DNA from: Planctomycetota bacterium
GTDB taxonomy: Bacteria > Planctomycetota > GCA-002687715 > DRQF01
NCBI GenBank assembly: GCA_020639295.1
Contig: JACKGY010000008.1
Location: 66,740-130,739 of the forward strand
DNA: 64,000 bases
Direction of reading: 5' to 3'
Shown here: positions 13,940 to 23,745 of the stretch, in pieces
How the letters are laid out: every line of letters starts with the position of its first letter
Numbering within the stretch: the stretch's first letter is position 1
Program-made: the position numbers and the translations under genes
Notes under the pieces: model-generated
Seen by the model: the letters and a program-made list of their open reading frames with translations, nothing else
What the model was told of the DNA's origin: nothing
The model's database searches: none

Positions 13940-16141
13940 TCACTGGATCACGCAGTTGACGATCATCGCGGTGTTGTTGTAGGCACCGTGGACGACGAAG
14001 GTGTCGACGTAGAACTGGTAGCCGCCGCCACCCGGATTGAGCAACGGGAACAGGGTATCGATCACCGCCGCATTGAAGCCGATGCCCATGGGCGCCGGGA
14101 ACAGGCTGGTGGGAACGATGCCGTCGTCGTCGTTGTAGGGGCCCGGATTGAGGAGGCTGTAGGCCCAGCTCTGGATCTGCGGGTTGAAGATGCCGTTGTT
14201 GTTGGCCGAGAACTGGTCCATGGTGTCGAAGAGGTCGGGGATGTTCTCGTCGACGCCCAGGGCCTCGCAGTAGGCCACGGTCGATCCGCCCGGATCGGTG
14301 CCGACCACGTAGTTGACGTAGGGCGTGGCCAGGAAGCTGGTCGGCACGTTGTTGATCGAGGGGAAGTAGATCGTGGTGGTGTTCTGCATGGCGATGCCGA
14401 TCGGCGTCCCGGTGCCGGCCGCGGCCGAGGCCTGGATGATGTTCGAGCCGCGGATGCAGAGTAGATCGGAGAGCACGCCGGTGAAGGGCGTGAACACCGA
14501 GTTGTCCCAGACCATGCCCTGGAGGCCGGTCGAGTCGTCGCGGATGCGGATCTGGTGGAGACCCATCGGCAACGAACCCGCCGTGGCCGCCGGCACCGCC
14601 AGGGTCAGCCGGTTCGGCTGGGTGGCGACGACGTTGCTGACGCTCCGGGTCAGGAAGGGAGCGCCGGCCTTGGGGATCAGGTCGATGGTATAGCTGTTGC
14701 CGATGAAGACGTTGGCGCAGACGATGTCGATCTGGCCGCCCTGCGGGACGACGTTGCGACGGTTGGCGTTGGTCGGGGCCAGACCCACGGGATAGAAGGC
14801 CTGGGCGCAGGGCGCGCCCGGCGTGACGATCGCGTTGATCAGGTAGGTACCGGAGGCGAAGCCGGCCGGATTGGCGCAGCCGACGATGACGTTGTAGGTG
14901 CCGGTCCACTTCGCCTGCCAGGTGAGACGGGCGTTGTTCTCCGGACCGGAGTTGTCGTCCTGGTGCAGGTTGAAGGGCGGGGTCAGGTTCAGACCGAAGT
15001 TCGGCGCCGGATCGAAGGCGAGCGTGTCGGGGTTCGAGGCCACCTGGAGGGTGACGAAGGGATCGAAGCCCTCCTGCGCGAAGGGATTGATCAGGTTACC
15101 GAAGCCGTCGAGGATCTGCTGACCGACGAAGTCGGTGCTGTAGAGCTCGATGTCGATGATGTCGCCGGCATTGAGGAAGGCGGTGAAGGTGTCGAAGGAC
15201 GTGCCGCTGCCGAGGACGCCCAGGGCCGAGGCTCGCGCCTGGCCGGCGATCGGCAGGTTCGAGTTGGTGACGAAGTTGAGCGCGCCACCGGCCTGCGGCA
15301 TCGGGTTCGGATTGGTGACCGCCACGAAGTCGTTGATGCCATCGACGCTGCCGAGGGTCTGGAACACGGAGATCAGACCACTGACCTGGCCGGAGAGGGC
15401 GCCGGCCGGGACCGCCGCCTGCTTGCTGGCATTCATCGTGGTGGCCAGGGCGGGGTTGAACTGGATCACGTCGCCGTTGGCGGCGCCGGGGACGTCCAGG
15501 GTCACCAGGCCGCCGGGCGACTGGATGTTCGGCGACACGCTGCGGAAGCCGGGCGCGACCCCGAAGGCGATCGGGTTCGAGAAGCTGACGAAGAAGGGCG
15601 CCGGAGCCAGAGGATCGAGCAGGATGGTCTGGAAGGTGACGCAGGCGCCGAGCGCGCCGGGGTCGGCGGTGACCGCGGCGAAGATCGTGAACAGGTTGTT
15701 CGGGCCGGGGGTGACGCCGAGGAAGTCCGGAACCAGCTTGGTCAGGCCGATGCCGTCCACCAGCGTGAAGAAGTTGGCGCCGTTGTTGACGTCGAGCCAG
15801 ATGTCACCGTCGACCTGGGGCGCGGTGATCGGTGCCGGCTTGATGCCGACGCTGAAGCAGAGCGAGAGCGGCACGCCGGCGGGCACGCGCGCGTCGGCGA
15901 ACTGAATCGCGATCGGTTCGCTCTGATAAGCCTCCGCCGTGTTGTCCATGTTCACGGCGTCGGAGGAATTGTTGGCGGTGAAGAAGTCGAGAATGGCCCC
16001 GTTGTTGGGGATGCCGTTGAGTGTATTGCCGGTGAGGCCGTCGAATCCGGATGGCGTCGGCGGGCAGATCTGGGCCGAGGCGGCGGTCGCGAAGATCGCG
16101 ATGGCCAGGATGGCGGCCGACTTTGCGAGCACGTTCGTCAT
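13940..16141 (-). CDS. Secreted low-charge protein with a PPC (pre-peptidase C-terminal)-like domain
   Basis: AGGAG lies 6 nt before the ATG at 16141. Sec signal is MTNVLAKSAAILAIAIFATAASAQ. Composition is N/T/G/P-rich with few charged residues. The segment NAGDIIDIELYSTDF...GTYNVIVGCANPAGFASGTYLINAIV fits the PPC-domain pattern. Confidence 0.7.
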   Translation of the reverse strand: MTNVLAKSAAILAIAIFATAASAQICPPTPSGFDGLTGNTLNGIPNNGAILDFFTANNSSDAVNMDNTAEAYQSEPIAIQFADARVPAGVPLSLCFSVGIKPAPITAPQVDGDIWLDVNNGANFFTLVDGIGLTKLVPDFLGVTPGPNNLFTIFAAVTADPGALGACVTFQTILLDPLAPAPFFVSFSNPIAFGVAPGFRSVSPNIQSPGGLVTLDVPGAANGDVIQFNPALATTMNASKQAAVPAGALSGQVSGLISVFQTLGSVDGINDFVAVTNPNPMPQAGGALNFVTNSNLPIAGQARASALGVLGSGTSFDTFTAFLNAGDIIDIELYSTDFVGQQILDGFGNLINPFAQEGFDPFVTLQVASNPDTLAFDPAPNFGLNLTPPFNLHQDDNSGPENNARLTWQAKWTGTYNVIVGCANPAGFASGTYLINAIVTPGAPCAQAFYPVGLAPTNANRRNVVPQGGQIDIVCANVFIGNSYTIDLIPKAGAPFLTRSVSNVVATQPNRLTLAVPAATAGSLPMGLHQIRIRDDSTGLQGMVWDNSVFTPFTGVLSDLLCIRGSNIIQASAAAGTGTPIGIAMQNTTTIYFPSINNVPTSFLATPYVNYVVGTDPGGSTVAYCEALGVDENIPDLFDTMDQFSANNNGIFNPQIQSWAYSLLNPGPYNDDDGIVPTSLFPAPMGIGFNAAVIDTLFPLLNPGGGGYQFYVDTFVVHGAYNNTAMIVNCVIQ

Positions 16142-16304
16142 GGGGAACTCCTGGGGACTGTGCGCTGTCCCCGTGATAGCAAAAGCAGGGTCGGGTCAAC
16201 GAACCGAAACGCTAACGAATGCTCCAACCACGGCCGGGTCCTGAGGATGCGGGTGAAATTGCAGAACCGGGTCGGACAGATTCCGGCAAGGTCCTGCGGG
16301 CCGA

Positions 16305-17264
16305 TCAGCGGCCGGCGAGCAGGAGGCCGTAGTAGAGCGCGAAGGCGGCCACCAGCACCGCGCCGTCGAGCCGCCCGAGGCTGCGGCCGCGAAGCATCAA
16401 GGGCAACATCAGGGCGCTGATCCCGAGCAACCAGCGGAAGTCCTGACCAGCAGCGCGTTCAGGGAGATCGAAGGGGCCGAAGAAGGAGGCCACCGGCAGG
16501 ACCAGGGCGAGATTGAAGATGCAGGAACCGACGATGTTGCCCACCGCGATCTCGCTCTTGCCCCGATAGGCCGCGAGGGTCGAGACCGCGAGTTCCGGCG
16601 CGCTGGTGCCGAAGGCCACCAGGGTCAGACCGATCATGTGCTGCGAGATGCCCCAGGCCTCGGCCAGGCCGCGCCCGCCGATCAGGGCGATGCGCGCGCC
16701 CTGATGGAGGGCGACGATGCCGCCGACCAGGTAGAGCAGGTCCACGACCAGGGGGCGCAGCACCGGCTCGAGCTCGGCGGTGGCCTGGGCCGCCTCCTCG
16801 GTCAGGCGCGGCGCCCGTCGGCGATGGACCCGCAGATAGAGGAAGAGGACGAAGCCGAGGCAGAGACCGAGCAGGAGGCCGCCGTCGAGCGGCGTCATCC
16901 TCCCGTCGGCGGCGACCAGACCGTAGACCAGGGTGGCGCCCAGCATGAAGGGGTACTCGGCGCGCAGGGTGCGGCTCGGAATCGTGACCGGACGGATCAG
17001 GGCCGCCAGGCCGAGGATCGCCCCGATGTTGAAGATGTTGGAGCCGACCACGCCGCCGACGGCGATGGCGCCGGTGCCATCGAGGCGATCACGGATCGAG
17101 ATCAGGAGTTCGGGGAGCGAGGTGCCGATCGCCACCACGGTGAGGCCCACCGTGGCCGGCGAGATCCGCATCCGGATGGCCAGCGAGGCGGCCCCTCGGA
17201 CCAGGATCTCGGCGCCGAGGAGCAGGAGGATCAGGCCACCGGCGACCTGCAGGATGGCTTCCAT
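16305..17264 (-). CDS. Ca2+/Na+ antiporter, CaCA (YrbG-like) family
   Basis: Two alpha-repeat motifs are present: GLTVVAIGTSLPELLISI and GLTLVAFGTSAPELAVS. The start is set at the internal ATG (MEAILQVAGG...) because the longer track ORF would run into the tRNA. Confidence 0.85.
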   Translation of the reverse strand: MEAILQVAGGLILLLLGAEILVRGAASLAIRMRISPATVGLTVVAIGTSLPELLISIRDRLDGTGAIAVGGVVGSNIFNIGAILGLAALIRPVTIPSRTLRAEYPFMLGATLVYGLVAADGRMTPLDGGLLLGLCLGFVLFLYLRVHRRRAPRLTEEAAQATAELEPVLRPLVVDLLYLVGGIVALHQGARIALIGGRGLAEAWGISQHMIGLTLVAFGTSAPELAVSTLAAYRGKSEIAVGNIVGSCIFNLALVLPVASFFGPFDLPERAAGQDFRWLLGISALMLPLMLRGRSLGRLDGAVLVAAFALYYGLLLAGR

Positions 17265-17305
17265 GCGGTCCCCCGCTGGCGACTGGGCCCGGAGAGGGCC
17301 CGAAG

Positions 17306-17376
17306 AGGTGGCGCCCGGAATCGAACCGGGTTTCACGGATTTGCAATCCGTTGCCTAACCGTTCGGCCACGCCACC
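17306..17376 (-). tRNA. tRNA-Cys (anticodon GCA)
   Basis: The reverse complement GGTGGCGTGGCCGAACGGTTAGGCAACGGATTGCAAATCCGTGAAACCCGGTTCGATTCCGGGCGCCACCT folds as a cloverleaf. Features: 7-bp acceptor stem, anticodon loop TTGCAAA, 4-nt variable loop, T-arm CCCGG-TTCGATT-CCGGG, and discriminator U73, the tRNA-Cys identity base. CCA is not encoded. Confidence 0.9.
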
Positions 17377-17539
17377 ATGCTCGTTCGGACCGAGGTCCGC
17401 TGGAGCGCCGCATTATAAGAGCCGAGCTGCGCTCATCAAGCCGTCCGCGAGCGGCCTTTGCGGCCCGGGCCCGGCCATTTCCTCGACCCCGAGGGAATGC
17501 CCCTTCCTGCCCTGCCAGCGACAGTTACAATCGTCGGCC

Positions 17540-19165
17540 ATGGAACGCGAACAACTGAGTGTAGACGTCCTCTTCGTCGGCGCCGGTCCCGCCAACCTGG
17601 CGGCCGCCTACCGTCTCGCCAAGACCCTGGAAGCCCAGGGCCGCGAGGCCGAGATCGCCATCATCGAGAAGGGTCAGTCGGTCGGCGACCACATCCTCAG
17701 CGGCGGCATCATGGACCCGCGCGCCGTCGAGGAACTCTTCGGCCCCGACTGGCGCGACGAGATCCCGGTGGACGGGCCGGTCCGCGGCGAGTCGGTCTTC
17801 TTCATGACCGAGACCCTGGCGATCCCCTTCCCCATCGTGCCGCCGACCCTCCACAACGAAGGCTGCTACATCGTCAGCCTGTCGAAGATCTGCGCCGCGC
17901 TGAAGGACAAGCTCGAGGCCATGGGGGTCATGATCTGCGAGGGCTTCCCCGGCAAGGAACTGCTCTTCGACGGCGATCGGGTCGTCGGCGTGCGCACGAT
18001 GGACATGGGCCTGGACCGGAACGGTCAGCCCGGTCCGAGCTTCCAGCCCGGCACCGACATGTTCGCCAAGGTCACGGTCCTGGGCGAAGGCACGCGTGGC
18101 TCGCTGACCAAGAGCCTGGTCGATCGCCTCGGCCTCGCCGGCCCGAACCCGCAGATCTACGGGACCGGGATCAAGGAGATCTGGGACATCCCCGCCGGCC
18201 GGGTCTATCCCGGCCAGGTCTGGCACAGCGCCGGCTGGCCCCTCACCAACGACCAGTACGGCGGCTCCTGGATGTACGCCATGTCCGAGACGCGGGTCTC
18301 GATCGGCTTCGTCTCGGCGCTCGACTCGGGCGATCCCACCTTCGATCCCTACCAGACCATGCAGCGCTGGAAGACCCATCCGAAGATCAAGGGTCTCCTC
18401 GAGGGCGGCAGCCTGGTGCGGTCCGGCGCCAAGACCGTGCCCGAGGGCGGCTACTGGTCGCGGCCGCGGAGCTTCGGCGATGGCTTCCTGATCATCGGCG
18501 ACTCCGGCAGCCTGCTGAACATCGCCCGCCTGAAGGGCATCCATACCGCGATCAAGTCGGGCATGCTGGCCGCCGACACCATCGTCGACTGCCTCGCGCT
18601 CGACGACTTCGGCGCCGGCCGGCTGTCGCTCTACGAGAGCATGTTCGAGCAGTCCTGGCTCGGCGAGGAGCTACGCAAGAACCGCAACTTCCGCGCCTAC
18701 TTCCAGCAGGGCTTCTGGGCCGGTGGCCTGCTCAACGGCATCGCCATGCTCTTCGGCGGCCGCATCTTCCGCGACCGCGTTCCGCTCCACGCCGACTGCG
18801 AGGCCATGAAGCCGGCCCACTGGGGCAAGGAGCCGATGGCGGTGGACGGCAAGCTCACCTTCGACAAGGTCACCGGCGTCTACAACGCCGGCGCGATCCA
18901 CGAGGAGCAGCAGCCGAGCCACCTGGTGATCGCCGACACCTCGATCTGCGTCACGCGTTGCGCCGAGGAGTACGGCAACCCCTGCGAGAGCTTCTGCCCG
19001 GCCGACGTCTACGAGATCGCGACCGGCGACGACGGCGGCAAGCGCATGCAGATCAACTTCTCGAACTGCGTGCACTGCAAGACCTGCGACGTGGCCGATC
19101 CCTACCAGCTCATCACCTGGACCGTGCCGACCGACGCCGGCGGTCCCAAGTACATGGGCATGTGA
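17540..19165 (+). CDS. Electron-transfer flavoprotein:ubiquinone oxidoreductase (ETF-QO)
   Basis: FAD-binding VLFVGAGPANLAAA motif. The C-terminal 4Fe-4S segment is CVTRCAEEYGNPCESFCPADVYE...NCVHCKTCDVADPYQLITWTVPTDAGGPKYMGM. The start is set at ATG 17540 (MEREQLSVD...). Confidence 0.9.
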   Translation: MEREQLSVDVLFVGAGPANLAAAYRLAKTLEAQGREAEIAIIEKGQSVGDHILSGGIMDPRAVEELFGPDWRDEIPVDGPVRGESVFFMTETLAIPFPIVPPTLHNEGCYIVSLSKICAALKDKLEAMGVMICEGFPGKELLFDGDRVVGVRTMDMGLDRNGQPGPSFQPGTDMFAKVTVLGEGTRGSLTKSLVDRLGLAGPNPQIYGTGIKEIWDIPAGRVYPGQVWHSAGWPLTNDQYGGSWMYAMSETRVSIGFVSALDSGDPTFDPYQTMQRWKTHPKIKGLLEGGSLVRSGAKTVPEGGYWSRPRSFGDGFLIIGDSGSLLNIARLKGIHTAIKSGMLAADTIVDCLALDDFGAGRLSLYESMFEQSWLGEELRKNRNFRAYFQQGFWAGGLLNGIAMLFGGRIFRDRVPLHADCEAMKPAHWGKEPMAVDGKLTFDKVTGVYNAGAIHEEQQPSHLVIADTSICVTRCAEEYGNPCESFCPADVYEIATGDDGGKRMQINFSNCVHCKTCDVADPYQLITWTVPTDAGGPKYMGM

Positions 19166-19232
19166 TTCGCCCTCCGCGTCGGCCCGACCGGCTTCGGCCG
19201 GCCGGGCCGGCCGCCGCGCCCCGTCCCTTCGC

Positions 19233-21761
19233 TCAGCGCTCGAGCGAGCCGTCCTCGCGCCACCAGGCCAGCCAGGACGCGACGTCCTCCGCCTTCCGCC
19301 CGAAGCGTCGCTCGAGATCGAGCTGCACGAAGAGGCCCAGGACCGGTTCATCCAGCATCGCGATCAGGAGCGGCACCGCGTCCTGCTCGCCGAGATCGAC
19401 CAGCGACTCGGCGGCCGCGATCCGCACCTCGGCCGCGCCGTCGGTCAGGCGTTCGCGCAGGAAGGGACGCACCCTCTCCCCTGCCCTCCGGCCGAGGGCG
19501 CGGGTGGCCGCCTCGCGGACGAAGTAGCTGGTGTCACGCGTGAGCGTCATCAGCAGGCCGCCGGCGACCTCGTCGTCGACGGCTCCCAGGCAACGCGCGA
19601 GCTGGACCCGCACCATCGCGTCGTCGTCCCGGAGGAAGGCGGTCAGGCGGTCGACCTGGCCGCGCAGGTCGTAGTGGCAGAGCACCCGCAGGGCCGAGGC
19701 GCGCAACCTCGCCTCGCCGGCGTCGAGGCAGCGGAGGATCACCGGCAGGAGCTTGTCGTCGCGCGGCAGGGCGAAGTCCTCGAGCAGGACGTCCGGCCGC
19801 GCGGTCAGGGGATCGGACAGGGCCTCGAGCTCGAGGCCACGGAGATCGTCGCCGAGGCTCGCGCGGAAGACCCTCATCGCCAGGTCGCCGGCCTGGGGGT
19901 CGATCAGGAGCGAGCGCAGGAGGCTCCCCACCACCGTCTGGGGCATCACCAGGCCGTCGCGCGCGCAGACCAGGAGGAGCTGACGCTGGGCGGCGAGGTC
20001 GTCGCCATCGGCCACGCGCCAGGCGATCGCCTGGGTCTCCGGGCCGGCGGCGAGCAGTCTCGCGACCAGACCCGGTCGGAGCGCCGGATCGTGATCAAGC
20101 CGGGCCTCGAGCCAGCCTCGCGCCTCGGAACGACCCCGCGCCAGCGCCCAGATCGCCACCTCGGCGGCCTCTTCGGCATCGACTCGATCCAGACGGGCGA
20201 GCAGGAAGGCGAGGACGAGCTCGTGTCCGTCGTCGCGGAGCGCGCGCACCAGGAGTCGCCCGTCGCGCCCCTGGCGCAGACCGGCTTCGAGGCCACGGGC
20301 CAGGGCGGCGAGCCGACGGCGGCGGGAGGTCCCGAGCCCGGCCAGCGCGGCCTCCAGATCCTCGGCGCGGCTCGCGCCCGTGATCCGATCGAGATCCGGC
20401 CCGGTCTCGCCGGCGACCGGCAGGCAGCGCGGTCGCAGGAGACAGATGGTCTCGGGGTCGTCCTCGAGATCGAGTCGGCCCCGGTCGAGGCCGGCGAGCA
20501 TGGCCCGGGCGTCGTCGAGCTTCTCGATCGCGGCCCAGGCCGACTCGGCCTCGGCGCCGTCACGGCCGCGCAGGATGCCGAGCTCGACCACGAGCCGGGC
20601 CAGGCCCTCGATGTCGCGCGCCGCCAGCGCGTCGGCGAGCCAGTTGTCGGCCCGACCTCTGATCGCGTCGGCAAGCTCGGGTCGAGTCGAAGCCATCTCG
20701 ACGAGGTCCGAGAGCGCGTCGGTGTCGGCCAGGAGGACGCCACGCAGGGTCGGGCTGGCGAGGCTCGTCTCGACGTCCTCGGCGAGACGACGCAGGACCT
20801 CGCCACGGCGCCCGACCGCGCCCAGGAGTTCCAGACCCGGAGCCTCGGCGCGCCCCAGTTCGAGGGCGATCGCGAGCGCCGCCTCCGAGCCCGGCTCCCG
20901 GGCCAGGAGCAGCTCGACCAGGCCCCGGCGCAGGTCGGCCGGCAGCGTCCGGGACGCGACCACCGGGTCGGCTCCCTCGCGCTCGAGGGCGGCATGCCAG
21001 CCCGCGAGCCAGACCGCGCGCAGCGCCGTGGCGCCGGCCGGGATCATGCCCTCGTCCAGCAGGGCGCGCTGCGCCGCGAGGTCGCGCCCCGGTAGCTCGC
21101 CGAGGAGACGCAGGGCCGGCAACGCGGCCTCGCCGCCGCCGCGCACGATCCGATCGAGGGCCGCGCGCAGCGGCGCCGAATCGACGATCGCGGCCCGGAG
21201 TTCCTCCGGCCCGCCGGCGCCGCGGCGGAGGATCTCGTCGAGCGCGTCGTCGAGCGTCCGGGACGAGGTGGCCGGGGCAGCGGCGGCCGGACGGGCCTCG
21301 AGTTCGGCGATCCGGCTCATGAGGCTCTCCTGCTCGGCGAGCAGGGCCGCGACCCGATCGTCGCCCGCGCTTCTCGCCTGCGCCTCGGCGTCCGCCATCT
21401 GCTGCCGGTTGTCCTCGATCCGGGCCCGGAGCCCGGCGAGGTCCGCCTCGAGCTGGCGCCGGCCGGCCTCGCCGGCCCCCTTCTCCTCGAGGGCCCGACT
21501 GAGGACGTCGGCCTCGGCGAGGAGCTTGGCCTCGACGCTGGCCAGGCGCTGGCGGAGTTCGCGACCGGCCTCGCCGGCGGCCAGGCGCGCGCCCAGATCC
21601 CGGGCGCGCACTTCGGCCTCGCTCAGCGCCGCCCGGACCCGACGCTCGGAGCGCCGGAAGGCGCTCCGGTCGCGCTCACGCAGCACGAAGCCGAGGACGG
21701 CCGCCGCGACGCCGAGGGTGGCGAGCACCGCCAGGATTCCGTTCCAGGTCTTGGTGGTCAT
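19233..21761 (-). CDS. Membrane-anchored coiled-coil / HEAT-repeat protein
   Basis: N-terminal TM segment WNGILAVLATLGVAAAVLGFVL, followed by an Ala/Glu/Arg-rich coiled coil. C-terminal HEAT-like repeats are present (DAMVRVQLARCLG, YFVREAATRALG, AAEVRIAAAESLVDLG). The start is set at ATG 21761. The upstream part of the track ORF is Arg/Pro-rich and not protein-like. Confidence 0.65.
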   Translation of the reverse strand: MTTKTWNGILAVLATLGVAAAVLGFVLRERDRSAFRRSERRVRAALSEAEVRARDLGARLAAGEAGRELRQRLASVEAKLLAEADVLSRALEEKGAGEAGRRQLEADLAGLRARIEDNRQQMADAEAQARSAGDDRVAALLAEQESLMSRIAELEARPAAAAPATSSRTLDDALDEILRRGAGGPEELRAAIVDSAPLRAALDRIVRGGGEAALPALRLLGELPGRDLAAQRALLDEGMIPAGATALRAVWLAGWHAALEREGADPVVASRTLPADLRRGLVELLLAREPGSEAALAIALELGRAEAPGLELLGAVGRRGEVLRRLAEDVETSLASPTLRGVLLADTDALSDLVEMASTRPELADAIRGRADNWLADALAARDIEGLARLVVELGILRGRDGAEAESAWAAIEKLDDARAMLAGLDRGRLDLEDDPETICLLRPRCLPVAGETGPDLDRITGASRAEDLEAALAGLGTSRRRRLAALARGLEAGLRQGRDGRLLVRALRDDGHELVLAFLLARLDRVDAEEAAEVAIWALARGRSEARGWLEARLDHDPALRPGLVARLLAAGPETQAIAWRVADGDDLAAQRQLLLVCARDGLVMPQTVVGSLLRSLLIDPQAGDLAMRVFRASLGDDLRGLELEALSDPLTARPDVLLEDFALPRDDKLLPVILRCLDAGEARLRASALRVLCHYDLRGQVDRLTAFLRDDDAMVRVQLARCLGAVDDEVAGGLLMTLTRDTSYFVREAATRALGRRAGERVRPFLRERLTDGAAEVRIAAAESLVDLGEQDAVPLLIAMLDEPVLGLFVQLDLERRFGRKAEDVASWLAWWREDGSLER

Positions 21762-21916
21762 GGTCCAGGAGGTCGAGAAAGGAGGCCCCCGCTTCCAGCA
21801 CGGACGCGGTGGCCCCGGTGGTTTCAGTTCGGTCCGCCGGGCGGGCCAGGATAGCTGCTGCCTCGGGCAGTGTCCACGGAACTGGGCCCTCGCCGGGCCG
21901 GGTGGTAGGCTCGGCC

Positions 21917-22672
21917 ATGATCGACAGCCACACGCATCTCTACTGGGAGCGCTTCGACGGCGATCGGAGCGCGGTGATCGATCGGGCCCGCGCGGCCGGG
22001 GTCGAGGCCATGATCGTGATCGGCGTCGATCCGCGGTCGAACGCGAGCGCCCTCGAGCTGGCCCGTTCATCGCCCGACCTGCACGCCTCGGTCGGCTTCC
22101 ACCCCAACGACCTCGAGGATCTCGACGACGCGGCCTGGAGCCGCCTCGACCAGGACCTCGCCGACGAGCAGGTGGTGGCGATCGGCGAGACCGGCCTGGA
22201 CTACTACTGGAAGAAGCCGGTGGCGCCGCAGTTCGAGGCCCTGCATCGCCACTTCGCCCTGGCCGAGAAACACGACCTGCCGCTGGTGATCCACACCCGC
22301 GACTCGATCGACGACCTCCTGGGCGAGATCGAGCGCTGGGGCCGGCCGCTCCGGGGCGTCCTGCACTGCTTCTCCGGGAATCCGGACCAGGCGCGGCGCG
22401 GTCTCGAGCTGGGCTTCGACCTCTCCTTCGCCGGACCGCTCACCTACAAGAAGGCCGAGGATCTTCGCCAGGCCTGCGCCGAGGCGCCGATCGAGCGTCT
22501 GCACGTCGAGACCGACTGTCCCTTCCTGCCGCCGCAATCCCGGCGGGGCCAGCGCAACGAGCCGGCCTTCCTGCCCGAGGTCCTGGCGAAGCTGGCCGAG
22601 CTGCACCACCTCGACCTCGCCGAGGCCGACCGCCTCACCAGCGCCAACAGCCGCCGTCTCTTCGCGCTCTGA
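21917..22672 (+). CDS. tatD: TatD-family metal-dependent hydrolase (DNase)
   Basis: MIDSHTHLY... has the HxH motif. GETGLDYYW and the later VLHCFSG and ETDCPFLPP motifs are typical of TatD. Confidence 0.9.
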   Translation: MIDSHTHLYWERFDGDRSAVIDRARAAGVEAMIVIGVDPRSNASALELARSSPDLHASVGFHPNDLEDLDDAAWSRLDQDLADEQVVAIGETGLDYYWKKPVAPQFEALHRHFALAEKHDLPLVIHTRDSIDDLLGEIERWGRPLRGVLHCFSGNPDQARRGLELGFDLSFAGPLTYKKAEDLRQACAEAPIERLHVETDCPFLPPQSRRGQRNEPAFLPEVLAKLAELHHLDLAEADRLTSANSRRLFAL

Positions 22673-22754
22673 GGCGAGGACGGCGGGGGCGTCGGCCCTC
22701 CCGCTCGCCGCGCGCGCCGACCGCGTCGGCTTCCGGCCGCGCCCGCGAAAGCCC

Positions 22755-22792
22755 GAACAAAAGAGAAGGGCGAACCCACGAGGAGTTCGCCC
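22755..22792 (-). terminator. Intrinsic terminator of the pilin gene
   Basis: On the minus strand there is an 8-bp stem gggcgaac / gttcgccc with a 9-nt loop, followed by TTCTCTTTTGTTCG. It begins 25 nt after the pilin stop. Confidence 0.6.
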
Positions 22793-22817
22793 GTCCCAGG
22801 TCGGATTGACGCTTGGA

Positions 22818-23528
22818 TCAGTTCAGGGTGACCCAGGTCTCGCCGTCGATGGCGGCATTGCCCGGATCGATGTTGCCGGTGATGTCACCGCCGCCCGCGC
22901 CGGCGGCGTCGAAGGCAGCGTCGGCGACCGGGGCGTTGGCCGCCCCGTCATAGGCCTGGTTCACCGACTGGTTGGTGTAGAGGATCTCGCCCTGCTGGTT
23001 GACGAAGAAGGCGCGGTTGCCGGTCTGGCCGAGGTTGCCCGGCCAGGCATAGGCGCACCAGGCCAGCTCGGCGTTGTCCGCGTCCGCGACGGCCATGAGG
23101 GCGTTACCGACGCCGTCTTCGGCGACGCCGAGACCGGCGGCGTCGGGCAGCCAGATCTGGAAGATGTAGCCACCCTTGGTGACCATGCCGGCGGCCGTGA
23201 TGTTGCGGAAGGACGCCGCCAGGACCGGCGGGGTCAGGGTGTTCGCATTGGCGGGACCGCCGTGCGAGTCGAGCTGATAGAGGCCCGACAGATCGCCGAA
23301 GAAACCGTACTCGCCGGTGCCGTCGGAGTCGGCATCGATCGAACCGCCCTGCTGGAACTGAGCCTGCGCGGAGACGAGCTGACGCAGGGTCGAGATCGCG
23401 TTCGACTCGTTGGCAGCGAGTCGAGCGCTCAGCAGGTTCGGCACGGCGATGGCCGCGATGATCGCGATGATGGCCACCACGATCATGAGCTCAATGAGGG
23501 TAAAACCCTGGTTATTGGACTTCACCAT
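22818..23528 (-). CDS. pilA: Type IV pilin / pseudopilin with prepilin-type N-terminal cleavage-methylation signal
   Basis: MVKSNNQGFTLIELMIVVAIIAIIAAIAVPNLL matches the G|FTLIE class III signal. AAGGAGAG lies 7 nt upstream of the ATG. Confidence 0.9.
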   Translation of the reverse strand: MVKSNNQGFTLIELMIVVAIIAIIAAIAVPNLLSARLAANESNAISTLRQLVSAQAQFQQGGSIDADSDGTGEYGFFGDLSGLYQLDSHGGPANANTLTPPVLAASFRNITAAGMVTKGGYIFQIWLPDAAGLGVAEDGVGNALMAVADADNAELAWCAYAWPGNLGQTGNRAFFVNQQGEILYTNQSVNQAYDGAANAPVADAAFDAAGAGGGDITGNIDPGNAAIDGETWVTLN

Positions 23529-23587
23529 TACGTGACTCTCCTTTTCGCTCAGCGCAATTGACGCTCAGCAACCAAAACCCACGGGAC

Positions 23588-23745
23588 CAATGCGGTGCAC
23601 GGCTGCCAGGCCGAGTCGTCGCCGAGGTCCCGCGACCTCGTCCGGATCAATGCGGTGCACGGCAACACGCCGAGTCGTCGCCGAGATCCGGCCATCCTCT
23701 CCCGTTCATGCGGTGCACGGCCGAGCCGCGTCGCCTGCGCGAGAG
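23588..23745. repeat. Three tandem 58-60-bp direct repeats in the pilin upstream region
   Basis: ATGCGGTGCACGGC occurs at 23590, 23650 and 23708. A second block CCGAGTCGTCGCCGAG occurs at 23611 and 23670, with a degenerate copy at 23721. Confidence 0.8.

Noticed and set aside
12584-13959. Alternative ORFs overlapping the hypothetical gene 12606..13880 (12584..13093 minus, 12820..13959 plus, 13313..13801 minus).
   Set aside because: They are Ser/Arg/Pro-rich sequences. The 12606 frame has the GC3 bias, a TM segment and a balanced composition. That call is itself only moderate confidence.
17265-17336. N-terminal extension of the antiporter ORF (the track start at 17336).
   Set aside because: It would overlap the tRNA-Cys gene (17306-17376). 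The conserved CaCA N-terminus begins at the internal Met (MEAILQ...).
17306-17376. A mobile element or integrase next to tRNA-Cys.
   Set aside because: The flanking genes are an antiporter and ETF-QO. No integrase, transposase, phage gene or att-like repeat was recognised.
23567-23581. Sigma-54-like -24/-12 element TGGGTTTTGGTTGCT upstream of pilA (minus strand).
   Set aside because: The GG-to-GC spacing is one nucleotide shorter than the canonical TGGCAC-N5-TTGC, and sigma-54 promoters tolerate little spacing change. It is kept only as a note inside the pilA-repeat finding.
23588-23745. Possible CRISPR arrays: the pilA upstream repeats, and also the 38-bp repeats at 61045-61142.
   Set aside because: There are only about three copies. 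The repeats are contiguous or separated by related sequence rather than unique spacers. The repeat length and spacing are atypical, and no cas genes are in the window.
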